From the NCBI RefSeq assembly GCF_018977255.1, contig NW_024704742.1, forward strand, positions 123,010,001-123,074,000: a DNA stretch of 64,000 nt, read 5' to 3'. The stretch comes from Callorhinchus milii (taxonomy: Eukaryota). Positions 42,255 through 53,715 of the stretch are shown here, one piece after another. The translations under genes were made by a program, and so were the position numbers. The notes under the pieces were generated by a model that was not told the origin of the DNA, made no database searches, and was given only the letters and a program-made list of their open reading frames with translations. Numbering within the stretch: the first letter of the stretch is position 1; the number at the start of each line of letters is the position of its first letter.

Positions 42255-42525
42255 TGGCCTCCTGCTCATCCCTCACACCCTCCGCCCCACCATCGGAGGT
42301 CGGGCTTTCAGCCATTACACCCCGAAACTGGAACACTTCCTCAATCCCTCCACCTTGCCCCCTCTCTCCCCTTTTTCAAGTCCCACCTGAAAACCTTCCT
42401 TTTTTACCAACCTCATGGCCACCTCCACCCCATCCTCCCACCCCGGCTCAGTCAGGCTCCGCCACTTTTAAGTGCTCGGAGACGCTACCCTGCACAGAGG
42501 GCCTTACGTAAGTGCAAGTTGTTGT
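42255..42525 (+). mobile_element. L2 3' fragment, second family
   Basis: FKSHLKTFLF and tail similar to 20690-20826. Confidence 0.85.
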
Positions 42526-45500
42526 TAAAATATCCTGTGGCATTATTCGAAAACAAGGGCGTTTTTCCCTGGTACCATAGCCCAAAACCCTCCAAAATCG
42601 GTAATTCACCACATGACAGTTTGAGGAACATGTCAAAATGGCAAAATGCCTGCCATATTTTCCTAACATAAACCAGTCACTATTGTAAAGCAATATTTAG
42701 GCCAGAAATATTTGTAATAAATCATGTGCACAAAACTTACAACATTAATAAAACCAAGGATGTAAATCTGCAATGCCAAATTAACCATGAACAGAAGCAC
42801 TAGCCCTGTACAGCCATTCTAAACTGAAACATCGGCAGAAGCAGCTACTGCAATAGTTATAAAAATATCCTCCTTCTGCTGTTTAGTACTGCCCAGACAT
42901 TTATAGAGTTGAGACTCTAAACTTGTACCCTGTAGCAAAATTACTTAAGTCAATCTGCTGCAGGAGAAGATGGTAAAACCTTGTCTTTATAAACAATCAG
43001 TATTCCTCTCATCATCAGTATTTCTTTGGGAACTTCTTGCTAAGAGTTACTCAATCTGCTGAGTGGAAAACAAAACTATGAAGGAATCAGCACATCTTTA
43101 TCGTTATTCCCATTCAATAACAATTTGATGTATTAAAAGCATGCCATCAAAACAGTCCAACTAACAAGTTAACCACAGGCTATATCCTCTATGATCTAAC
43201 TTCACTCCCAGTTTCTATTACGTAGAGGTCAAATTAACTCTCCAAACATTAATGCTTGGTAAATCCCTGGAGTGGGACACAAAAGCTATTAACAAGGCTC
43301 CAGAACATTAAAGATCTCACAGTTGCAACATAACCAATGCCAAATCCAGCTGCGGTTATTTTCCACGTTTTCTTTCAAACGTCTTGTACAAAAGGAGAGA
43401 ATTTTTTTTGGTGCAATAGATTTCCCAAACCTCACACAGAGACTATGTTGCCTTTTCTCTCTCTCGTGCTAGAACTCCGAAGTGCTATAATGAAGTTGTG
43501 TGTACAATTGTCCATGTTTACACACATGAAAAAGTGACTCCAGTTACATTTTTAACCCCGATGGCACTTCACCTTACATAGCAATATGATCATTTTTGTG
43601 CACATGGTTCGATCATTGGGATAAAAATCTATACATTTCTCAGTAGCATTTGTTTTGAAGCTCAACAGTAGCAAACAGGTCTCCTGGCAAGTTGCAATTT
43701 AAGATTTTCTCAGTAGCAGGAATTGCAAGATTAAAACATTTCACACTGATGAAATGAAACATGCAACACGTTTTCTACAATATTACAAATGTAGGGTTAG
43801 AAAGGATTCCATTTCAAACTTCCTGTGACTGAAATTCTATATGTTCAGGATTGCTGTTAATACAGTATCTGGCATCATGGGGATTTATACACAACCCTCC
43901 CATACTTTTGCAGTTCATTTGTAGAGGCAGCCCAGGTCTAAACAATTTAAAACGATTAAGTACACAAATCTTCCTCAGCCTTCTTGACTATAGATCCTAT
44001 TTCACGCATCCCACTCTTAGATGGGTTTATATTGCATTATGCTGAACAAGATTTGACTCTGTACAGCCTTGCCAAATTATAACAAGTTATGAAATTACAA
44101 TGAAACCAGACAATTAAGCAAATATAAAATAATCAAACCCTAGGTAACATCAAGAGGTTATCAAATCTACTTTTAAAAATAAAGGATTCATATCTGCAGA
44201 ATGATATTCATATCAACATAACCAGAGCATGGCCAATCTTATTGTCAAGTGATGCCTTATCATTAGTATTCCACAAAAAAGGCATGTGCGTGGATATTGG
44301 GGAAAGGCAGGATCAGAGCATCTCTCTTCTCCCCTCCCTCCAACACTAACTATATGGCTTCACACCTCAAAAAAGCACTTTGTCCATATAAATAAAATGC
44401 TGCCTGAGCTCGTGGAACCATAAGACAGCACAGGTCACTACGTTATATAATAATAATCCTTGCATTTGATATAGTGAATATACTTCACAGAATATACTGT
44501 AAAGTGAATTGACTGTATATTTTGAGGGCAAAGAATTTTCAGGTGTGTGTGATGGAGGGGAATTGTGTGAAAGCCTCCCACAATAGTTCAGTTTGTAAAG
44601 TTAATGTAAAGATTAGTGAGCAACTGAGGTCTGCTGACCAGGGGGGGCTCCAAATTCAATCACCCGTCTGACCTGAGCTAGCATATTTCAATTGAGGCAG
44701 CAAGTAGCATCACCTATGTGCTTTCACTATTACTGGAAAGTTCAGATGAAAGGCTTTCATGTAATATTAGTGATATTATTAATACCCTTCCAGTAATTGC
44801 TGTCTCGGCTCATAACATCAGCAATGGGCTACGTTGGCAAGGTTGGTGGGCAGCCAATACCCATTAAACTGTCCTGCAGCACAGCTTTGATGTTTTCAGA
44901 AGGGGGCAGCATTTTTATAAGCATGTTGGGGTACGAGTGTAACCGTGGCTTGGTGAATTGTACCAGATTCTCTCTATTAAAAGACAATAATCTGTATAGA
45001 TATTGCTATCGACCAGCATCTATTAAAATAGTTGCACATATCAGTTGTCCAGAAATGATGGGTACAGATTATCACAAAAGGTTTAGTCAACCATTACTTT
45101 CAGTCGTATATGTTTGCCCACAAAATACAGTCACTCAACTTTACAGTATATCCTGTGAAGCACTTCAAGACATCCTCTCGACATAAAAGGAAGGATGCAT
45201 CAAATGTAAGGATTATTATTATGGTTGGGACTGACTCAATTTCTAAGATGCTGTTATGTTTATACAAGCATGCAGTTACAAAGACTGGATCTTAATCATT
45301 TTTAAGTTAAGTTTAACATTTGTTTGTCAATGCTCAGTTTATCAGTACTCAGACAAGGTCTCAAAGCCATTTCACAACTCAGAAACTGAATAGACCTGGG
45401 TGTGTTAGTGCTTGCATTTCCCTCATCTAAACAATGCTAAATCTTTGCATTTGATATAGTGTCTTATCACGCTGAAATGTCTCAAAGCACATCAGAGTTT

Positions 45501-46429
45501 TTCCTGTAGAGTGAATAACCTTATTTGTAGTTCACCACACTATCTAAATATATTGAAAGAGTACACTATACTTGGGGCTAAACTTCGGACGACAAACAAA
45601 CTCTTAAAGCAGATAACAACAACCAGAAGACTGCAGAGACACATTCCATAAATCCAACAGCAGCGTCATAACATTTCAAAGCTTCCTTTTAAACCTACTA
45701 TCTTTCCATGTTAAATGCAGGTTCTACAATTACATAAAATTCTGGGGAATGTCTGTTTCTTTTCTCCAGATTTACAATATAACAAATTAAAGTTGGACTG
45801 AGGAACTTGAAAATCAAAAAGTCTCATCATAAGGTTATATATAGATCCAAAATGCAAATTGACCATTATCTGATTTAAATACATTAAAAATAAAACTATG
45901 ATTATTCCTGAAGCCTCAATTTTACCAATATTAAGAATTTACTCAATGTGATGAAAGCTCATAAAGGAGGTCTAGAGCAAAATACACTATTATTCACCAT
46001 TTCTGTTTTGAATTCAGTTTTTTAAAAAAAGTTAGGCTACATTTTGAAATCATTTCCAAACTACACTTTAATGTGAGGGTGTGTGCTTTGTGAAAATTCC
46101 CATGCACAAGATTGATTTGTACCATTTACTTTATCTCAGTTACTGTTAATCATAAAAATTTCCTAACAATGCAGAAATGAATGCAATTAATGCTGCACAG
46201 TGTCATGGAACTGACTTGACATCTCTTTTCTCCCCCCACACGCTCATAAGCAGCCACTTTGCTGAAATTCAATAAATAACACAGCATTAAATAGACTATT
46301 TACCTGCACAGAAAAATTGGATCACTTATAGGGGTCAATGTCTATGCTTTTACCACAAATGCAAATACCAAAAGCGTGTAGGAATCTGGTATGTCTACAC
46401 ACAGACCATATGGCACGTAGGTGTGAAAG

Positions 46430-46930
46430 CTCAGACGCCTAGTGTCTGAAATTTTAAACGCACTTCATCAGGAAAAACCTCAACTCCAGGTCCCTTCCCA
46501 ATGCTTCCACTGCAGTACTTTGCTCGCACGGTCCACCTCGGGCTGCGCCTTAGGGTTTTACCACTGCAGCTTTCTGGTGAACTGCGACCTACCAAAGGCT
46601 CAGAAAGCCCGTGTGTTTCGTCCCGATCTGTCGCTGAACCCGACCGAGAGCTCCTCGCGTCAGTTCACGGCGAGGAGTCAGGTCCCATTCATTCCCAGTC
46701 GGCGCGACGCGATCTTAAAGAGGCTTTACGGCACACCCCCGGGCGGCGGGCGCTGAAGGGTTTGGAGCCCAGGATCCGCGGCGGCGGGGAGTGAAACTCG
46801 TGTGCCATAAGGCCACCAGAGAACCCAAAGCGACGGGTCGGGTGAGCCCTGGAGGTGAAGCCTGGACTGCGACAGGGGCTCGTCCCCCGACGGCTCGGGT
46901 TGGGATCACATTACAGCAGCCGACTCCAAA
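46430..46930. promoter_or_regulatory. Second CpG-rich patch in proximal intron 1
   Basis: Dense CpGs (e.g. ggcgcgacgcga, ccgcggcggcgg) separated from the main island; no recognisable repeat. Confidence 0.65.
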
Positions 46931-47023
46931 CCCCATTCAAAACCTGCAACAGGAAACAGGGGGGAGGGAGGGGAGGGGAGGGAGGGGGTTTCATGGGCTT
47001 TTCTCTCTCTTCTCCCCCCCACC

Positions 47024-47172
47024 ACCACACACACACACACACACACACACAAATAAAACAAATAGACAGGGAAGCAAACCGAAACGATCCGATCCCTCTT
47101 CATCCTCAAGGCATTAAGGATTGAGCTGGAGCTGCCCCCCCGCGCTGCTGATCTCTCTCTCTCTCTCTCTCT
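47024..47172 (+). repeat. (CA)n at 47024-47051 and (CT)n at 47152-47172
   Basis: Direct reading. Confidence 0.95.
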
Positions 47173-47901
47173 ATTAGGTTTCCAACTATTTTTTTTTGCA
47201 AAATAAAGTGAGTTGACTGTTTACTTCAAGGCTGAGCGCTTGACATCCGCCTCCGGCCTCAGATTTTTTTTTGAGCAGCAAAACGAGCCTCTTCAGGAAC
47301 ATCCCCTCAAAAGTCAGAGTGCAACACCAAAACACTAACCAGTCAGGACTTTTACTCTCACCATCGCCACCAGCAATGAGCACATTTAGCTTCACACAAG
47401 ATGCTGAATTGCACGTACACCATGTCTTCCCCCCCTCACTTCCAAATAACAAGGTGATCTGAACTCCCTTCTTTATTATCACCACCAATTATTATTGTTA
47501 TTATTGTTATTATAATAATAAAATGGGAAACGTTCCCCCCCCCTTCAGAAACACCAGCAACTAACTCTGCTCCTGGCACTCAACTCGCTGCAAATAACCT
47601 CGTCATTCCCAGGTTTCCGAGGAGAATTTTTTTTCCAAAAACAAAATAAAACGTACTGTGTAATAGAAACAAACATGGATCGGGACAGAGAGGGTCGGGA
47701 TCGGGACAGAGAGGGTCGGGAGAGGGGATCAGGACATCAAATCCCCTTTCCTTTCAACTGCAGAGCAACTCTTCCCCACAAACACAATAAAGAAGGAGAG
47801 ACTGGGGAAGGGTCAGAGTGAGAGCGGAGGAGAGGGTGTCTGGACCTGGGCACAGGGAGGAGAGAGGGACCAGCCCTAAGGGGGAGGATGAGAGCGGGGA
47901 A

Positions 47902-48167
47902 CAGGGCAGAGAGGGTCTGGAGAGGGGCTCAGGGCAGAGAGGGTCTGGAGATGGGGCTCAGGGCAGAGAGGGTCTGGACAGGGGCTCAGGGCAGAGAGGG
48001 GCTCAGGGCAGAGAGGATCTGGAGATGGGGCTCAGGGCAGAGAGGGTCTGGAGAGGGGGATCAGGGCAGAGAGGGGTTCAGGGCAGAGAGGGTCTGGAGA
48101 GGGGTTCAGGGCAGAGAGGGTCTGGAGAGGGGGATCAGGGCAGAGAGGGTCTGGAGAGGGGGCTCAG
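47902..48167 (+). repeat. G-rich minisatellite, unit CAGGGCAGAGAGGGTCTGGAGAGGGGCT
   Basis: About 10 tandem units (eight of 28-29 nt, two of 17 nt); related units at about 47678-47733. Confidence 0.95.
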
Positions 48168-48212
48168 TGGGGTTGGGAGCCGGGCTGAGGGAGCTCTCCC
48201 GGGCTGCAGTAC

Positions 48213-48601
48213 CTGAGGGGGCTGGTCAGGTCCATGAGGATGGCGCCGGCCGAGCCTCCGTGCGCTGCCGTGTGGCGGCTGTCGTGCCCGGGGTGCAGCG
48301 GGTGCAGGTCGGCGCCGAGGGCCGGCGGCTCGGGGCAGTGCTCCCCCGCGCTCGGCTCCGGCTGCTTCTCCACCGAGGAGTCGAAGTCGACGCTCTTCAC
48401 CTTGCGGAGGTGCTTCCTGTAGGAGGCCAACTGCCGCTGTGCCGAGCCCGGCTCCTCCCGCGCCTCCGAGCCGCCGCCTCCTGCACCACCTCCACCTCCA
48501 CCGGCGCCTCCGCCTCCTCCTCCCGCTCTGCCACGAGTCCCGCAGGAGCCGCCGCTGTCTCTGTCCGCGAACGCCGCCCGGCTCCCCGCCGCCGCCGCCA
48601 T
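48213..48601 (-). CDS. MAP3K1: MAP3K1 exon 1 coding part (389 nt): MAAAAGSRAA...Gly-rich...RKHLRKVKSVDFD...
   Basis: MAAAAG start and LRKVKSV motif resemble MEKK1 (human MAAAAGNRA, LRKVRSVEL). Lies in a CpG island. Donor CAG|GTACTG gives phase 2, matching exon 2; the donor position is less certain than the start. Confidence 0.85.
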
Positions 48602-48645
48602 CTTGTGTGTTGTGGCCGGGGGTCAGGTAGTGAGGAGGCGGCGAG

Positions 48646-48694
48646 GGGGCGGGGCCGGGGGGGACTGGGCGGGGCTAGAGCGCGGCCCCGCCCC
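48646..48694. promoter_or_regulatory. Three GC boxes (Sp/KLF); no obvious TATA box
   Basis: GGGGCGGGGC 48646-48655, TGGGCGGGGC 48666-48675, GCCCCGCCCC 48685-48694, 45-95 bp upstream of the ATG. Confidence 0.75.
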
Positions 48695-48849
48695 CTCCTC
48701 CTCCCACTCAACCCCTCCCCCCTCCTCCACACCCACACAGCGCCACTCGTTTACTCTTCACGTTAACGTTACTATTGCTTGTACTAATCATGACAGTCGT
48801 TGCATTTGATGTTGCACCCTATCACACCGTTGAGGCATAATAATATAAC

Positions 48850-49196
48850 GGCGCCCCGAAGGGCGGTGGCTGGAGCACTCGCCCCGCAAGCGAGAGGTCC
48901 CGGGTTCGATTCCCGGGCAGGCGAGACCCTGGGGCGAGTTGGCTAACTCCACGCGCCTCCTCTTGTTTGCCGAGCAGTAAGTTGGAACCCGGTCGTTAGT
49001 CGATTGGCAGATCGCTCTCCACGGGTAGTAATCGCTCCCAAAAAAATAATGTGGTCACTCAATCCATGACTGCTTGTGGGACATTGCTGTGCGCAATTGG
49101 CTGCCACATTTCGCCCACAAAGAACACTGTCATCTCACTTTGAGATGTGTTGAAGACACGATAAGGCGCTGTATCAAATGGAAGGATTCTTATTAT
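48850..49196 (+). mobile_element. tRNA-derived SINE, long form, GC-shifted, next to the promoter
   Basis: Colinear with the 41614 and 56684 copies; B box GGTTCGATTCC intact. Confidence 0.88.
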
Positions 49197-49383
49197 ATAA
49201 AGCACTTCATAAAATATACTGTGAAGTTGATTAACTGCGCACTGTATTTTGTGGGTGAAATGCAACACCTAGTTTGCACACAGCAATGTCCCACAAATCA
49301 CCATGGAGCGAATGACCAATTTTTATTTTGGGAGATTCGTTGGCCAGGACACCAGGAGAAACTTCTTTCTCTTTTCTTTTATT

Positions 49384-50470
49384 ACAACAACAATAACAAC
49401 AACAAAATTAGAATTGTAAAGTGCTTTTCATGTCAGGAGGATGTCCCAAAGAGCTGAACAGTCAGGGATCAGGACCCGAACGTGGGAGATGGAATGAGGG
49501 AGGGCAGAGAGGGTAGGAGGGCGGCTGAAGGCACTGTCAAAAAGGAGGGTCTTGAAGGAAGCAAGAGAGGGAGCAAGGCGAAGGGATTGTGGGATGCAGT
49601 TCCAAAGCATGAAGTCAGAGAGGCTGAAAGAGACTTGGAGCAGGCCGGAGCCTGCTGAGCGGAGGGAGTGGACAGGTTGATAGGGGGTCACCAGGTCAAA
49701 GATGTAGGAGGGGGCAAGGCCACGGAGGGCCTTGAAAGTGAGGATGAGGATTTTGCATTCTATCCTCTGGGAGATGGGGAGCCAGTGGAGCCGGGCGAGG
49801 GTCACGGAGTCTGGTGGGGGAGAGGACACGAGCTGCAAAGTTCTGGATGAGCTGCAGCTTGTGGAAGGAAGAGTTCGGGAAGCCGACAAGGAGGGAGTTT
49901 CCATAGTCACGCCTTGAGGTGACAGATGCTTATATGAGGGTTTCGGCGGCCTGAGGGGTGAGGCAGTGGTGGAGTTTGGCAATGTTGCGGAGATAAGGGC
50001 AGACAGAGAGGGTCATGGCATGGATATGGGGAAGAAAGGACAGTTGAGGGTTGAACAAGATGCCCCGGTTCCTAACTGGCTTTGTGAAGTGGAGTGTGTA
50101 ACCATAGATGCTGATGTTGCCGGTGCCTGAGGTGCTGAGGCTCTGGCATGAGCCAATCAGGAGGGCCTCGGACTTGCTGACATTCAGCTGTAGAAAGTTG
50201 GCTCTCATCCAGGACTTGATGTCAGACAAACAGTCTGTCAGGACATCAGTTGTCCTGGAATCGATGGTGGAGGCAGAGAGATAGAGTTGGGTGTCATCCA
50301 CGTACATGTGGAAGTTGACCACATGTCTATGGATGGGTCACCAAGAGGGAGCACATAGAGGTTGAAGAGGAGTGGACTGAGGACAGAGCCCTGAGGAAGA
50401 CTGCATGAGACAATGCAGGGGCTGGAAGAGAAACCGTTGGCAGAAACAAATTGGAGATGGTGTGAGAGAT
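49384..50470 (-). mobile_element. L2 LINE RT and 3' end, decayed
   Basis: [22 protein letters not shown]; (TTG)n tail at the left end. Confidence 0.93.
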
Positions 50471-51227
50471 GAGACCTAAACCATTCAGAGACAGAACCTT
50501 GAAGGTTCAGGTGAGTGGAGAGGCAGTAGAGGAGGATAGAGTGGTCAACAGAATCGAATTAAGAGCCATTACTGTTCACGAGTATCAGCCTAAGGTCCCT
50601 GGTGCCCAGGAAGCGGTTCTGGTTGGAGTCAATGAGAGTGTGAGGCTCAACATGAGGGAGTGTGGGTCACATTTTCTCTCTCTCAGGAAATTGTAAACCA
50701 GCCCCTCTCCCCATGTATATCCCTGTGTGCACAAACAGTTTTGCTCACTCCCCATGTACACCCTCTGTGTGTGCAACGACTGCTGCTCTCATTGTTCAAT
50801 GGGTAGGCATACATGTGCAAACTTTGGGCAGGAGGAGGGTAGCAATACCCTCATATATGCAATCTAACAATAACAGCAACTAGCATTTATATAATGCCCT
50901 TCACTCAGGGTAGCATCTCAGAGTGCTTATTCCACCTTGTGAGGTCTCAAATCTGCACTTGTTCAATGTCAAGTAACCAACCAGTAACTATCTTCCTATG
51001 GGATACGTGGGGTCTACTTGGGGTTGAGCTGGCTCCAAGGTGATGTGATGGCAACCAAATATGGAATTGTCAGCCCTCAGTGGTGGTCTCCATACTCCGG
51101 TTCCTTAGCCAGGAACGGAAATTCTGCTTTGGCGAGTTCTGAGTAAATGTAACTGGAAACCATTAAGCATGGAAAGAAATCTCTTTGATTGTCAGGCAGT
51201 AGTGCGACTCCCAAATAGGGAGGGAAA

Positions 51228-51443
51228 ATAATAATCCTTGCATCTAATCCTTGATATAGTGCATTATCATATCTTCGAGATGTCTCAAAGCGCTTCACAG
51301 AATATACCAGGTTCCTATTTACTGCTGGGTAAACAGAGGCATATGGAGTAAGGAAATTTGCCCAACATTTCGCCCTACTGGGAATCTAACCCAGGTCTCT
51401 CACTTGCGAGTCGAGCGCTCTAACTACTGAGATACAGGACTCC
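51228..51443 (-). mobile_element. tRNA-derived SINE lacking the Deu-like body
   Basis: Head and part of the extra segment joined directly to the tail. Confidence 0.88.
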
Positions 51444-53590
51444 ACTACTCCAAGTGAAGGGCATTTATGTAAATGCAAGTTGCTGTTGTTGTTGATTTAC
51501 ATGTATGAGAGCATTGCCACCATAAATGTCCCCATTCACAGTATCAAATTGTTGGATGACTGACTCACAGTTTCATCTAATTGGCATACCCTGGGTTGCT
51601 AAGACTCCATTTAGTCCAAACAAAGGATTTTACCATCATTATCATATTCTTCTTTCTCCTCCCCCTCAAAAAAGATAAGAATCTAAGTCTTTATTAAACA
51701 GATACATCTGAAAATAAACACTTACTCACTAAGGTAGAAAGAAGCTGCATTTCATAGCGCCACGCACATCACAATATCTCAAAACACTTCACAGTAATTA
51801 TTGTCAAGTGCAGTGATTTCTTTTGGAGAAACGTATAGCAATTATTATACACACAATATCCCACAAACAACCAAAATGTGAATGACCTGGAGAATTATTG
51901 GCCTGGACACTAGGAGAAACACCCTTCTCTTTTCAAATAATTAACAAGGACTTAACAATTGTTCTGACCTGAACATTCTAGGCAGGGTGTCACTGACCCT
52001 ATTTTGCAGGCTCTGGTCTTGTCTATGATATAGTGTCAGATATCTCTCAAAATTTGGGATTACCCATGTACAAGGGGCCAATTGGAAGGGGTTCGGACCT
52101 AGGCACAAGCCAATTGGCAGGCAAATTGTCTTGAATTATCAGGAGAGAAGTTGGGCCTCTTCTGTTTTCATCAACAAATCTGAAGTTAAGCCACATATCC
52201 TTGGCTGAGCCCTATAACCATTGTGTGTTGAACAAAGAGGGTGGAATTTAATTTTTTTTTGACTGACAGGATTATGTAATAACAACTTGAAATTGTGTAG
52301 TGCCTTTCATGTAGGATGAGTGTTTCGAAATGATTCATCACAGGGATGATAGGGAATACTTAGCAGGGAGGAGAGGAAGAGGAGTAGATTCCAAAGTTTA
52401 AAATGAAATATAGAAATCTATCTCAGAGACTTTTGAAAGAGAACTGTGAAATAGTTTTTTTTTTGTTTTATTGCACCGCAAAGTCACCAAATCTGCCCAT
52501 ATTCACAATGATGGCTCACACCTGAGTCATGGCTACTTGGACAAGATACTTGAGAGCAACTACTGTAATTTCTAGGAACCTTACTCTACTCTAAACATAA
52601 GTTTTGCCCACACACTATTCAATCAATTGACCTCACAGTATATTCTGTGAACCACTTTGAGATGTCTCAACGACATGATAAGGCGCTATATCAAATGCAA
52701 GGATTATTATATTATAAATCAGTACCTTCAGAAGAGGAAGGTAGAAACTGGAGTAGGAGAAAATATAGACTTCTAGGCAAGGGTGGGAGCAGTCTGCCCG
52801 CTTGCCCTTTAGTTGAGAAAATGGTGCACGTCCTATGGGAAGGCACTTGTACGGAACAAATCTTTAAGCCATTGGGGAGGGGGAAGTTAAATAATCTGCT
52901 TTTTACTCCATCTCTCTGTGCCTAATTAGATTAAATGACAGTCATTATGGTTGGTGCCCTCCTGTCTAGATCCCAGGCCATCTGCCATTGAACAGTTGGG
53001 TGTTGTGGTTCACATTAAGTGCTATCAAAAAAGTATGCGGAATGCCAAAACTACATGTTAGATATTGGGCCTTCTGGGAGGAATGCTGCAACATACTCCT
53101 CAGAACATCTGCCAGCTCATTGTTTTTTTCATAATTTTGCTAGTCACCAAGGATGTCTGTTTGATTTTCCCAAGGAGACAGTGAAACCGGTTCCGCAATT
53201 TTGTGACTGAGTATGAGAACTGAAAATACATGAGGAGCATATTCTATAGACTTTACAATAGAGTTTTGACTACATGCTCCGCTCAGGAATCGCATGTTCC
53301 ACATCAAACTACAGGCTGCTGTGGAAGTACATCAATGGATAGCTTTCACATCATGTAATCTTGACTGACCTGTGCTGAGCTGAGTAATGAAAGTTTATTT
53401 TGAATGTCTGTGGCAGCTTCTTTTCAGCCTCTGGGAATCTGTATGTGTGCTTGTACTGTGAAGTATGGGTCCTGCGAACATCTGTAGAGAGAGAACTTGG
53501 TAACATGAGAATCTGATTACTGATAAATGTTTGATAGGCTTTGAGGCTCAATTCACATCTGATAAAATCGACAAACACACTACTTTAAAC

Positions 53591-53715
53591 AAAACACAAA
53601 ATACTGCAGATGCTGGAAATCTGAAACAAAAAGGGGGAAAACTCAGCAGGTCAGGCAACATCTATGGAGAAAGGAAAATGAGTCAATGTTTCGGCTCCAC
53701 GACCCTTCGGCATCC
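53591..53715 (-). mobile_element. Shark-type Penelope-associated short element with decayed hammerhead motif
   Basis: atactgcagatgctggaaatctgaaa...actcagcaggtcaggcaacatctatggag is an abundant chondrichthyan repeat (recollection). Confidence 0.65.

Larger units (their letters stand above)
48170..49030. promoter_or_regulatory. CpG island over MAP3K1 exon 1 and promoter
   Basis: Very GC- and CpG-rich against an AT-rich, CpG-poor background. Confidence 0.9.

Noticed and set aside
47902..48167. CRISPR-like ~28-bp repeats
   Set aside because: Head-to-tail with no unique spacers, and the context is a vertebrate intron.
47818..48766. Long plus-strand ORFs (292 aa and 132 aa)
   Set aside because: Open because of the minisatellite and the GC-rich antisense of exon 1; repetitive, no recognisable domain.
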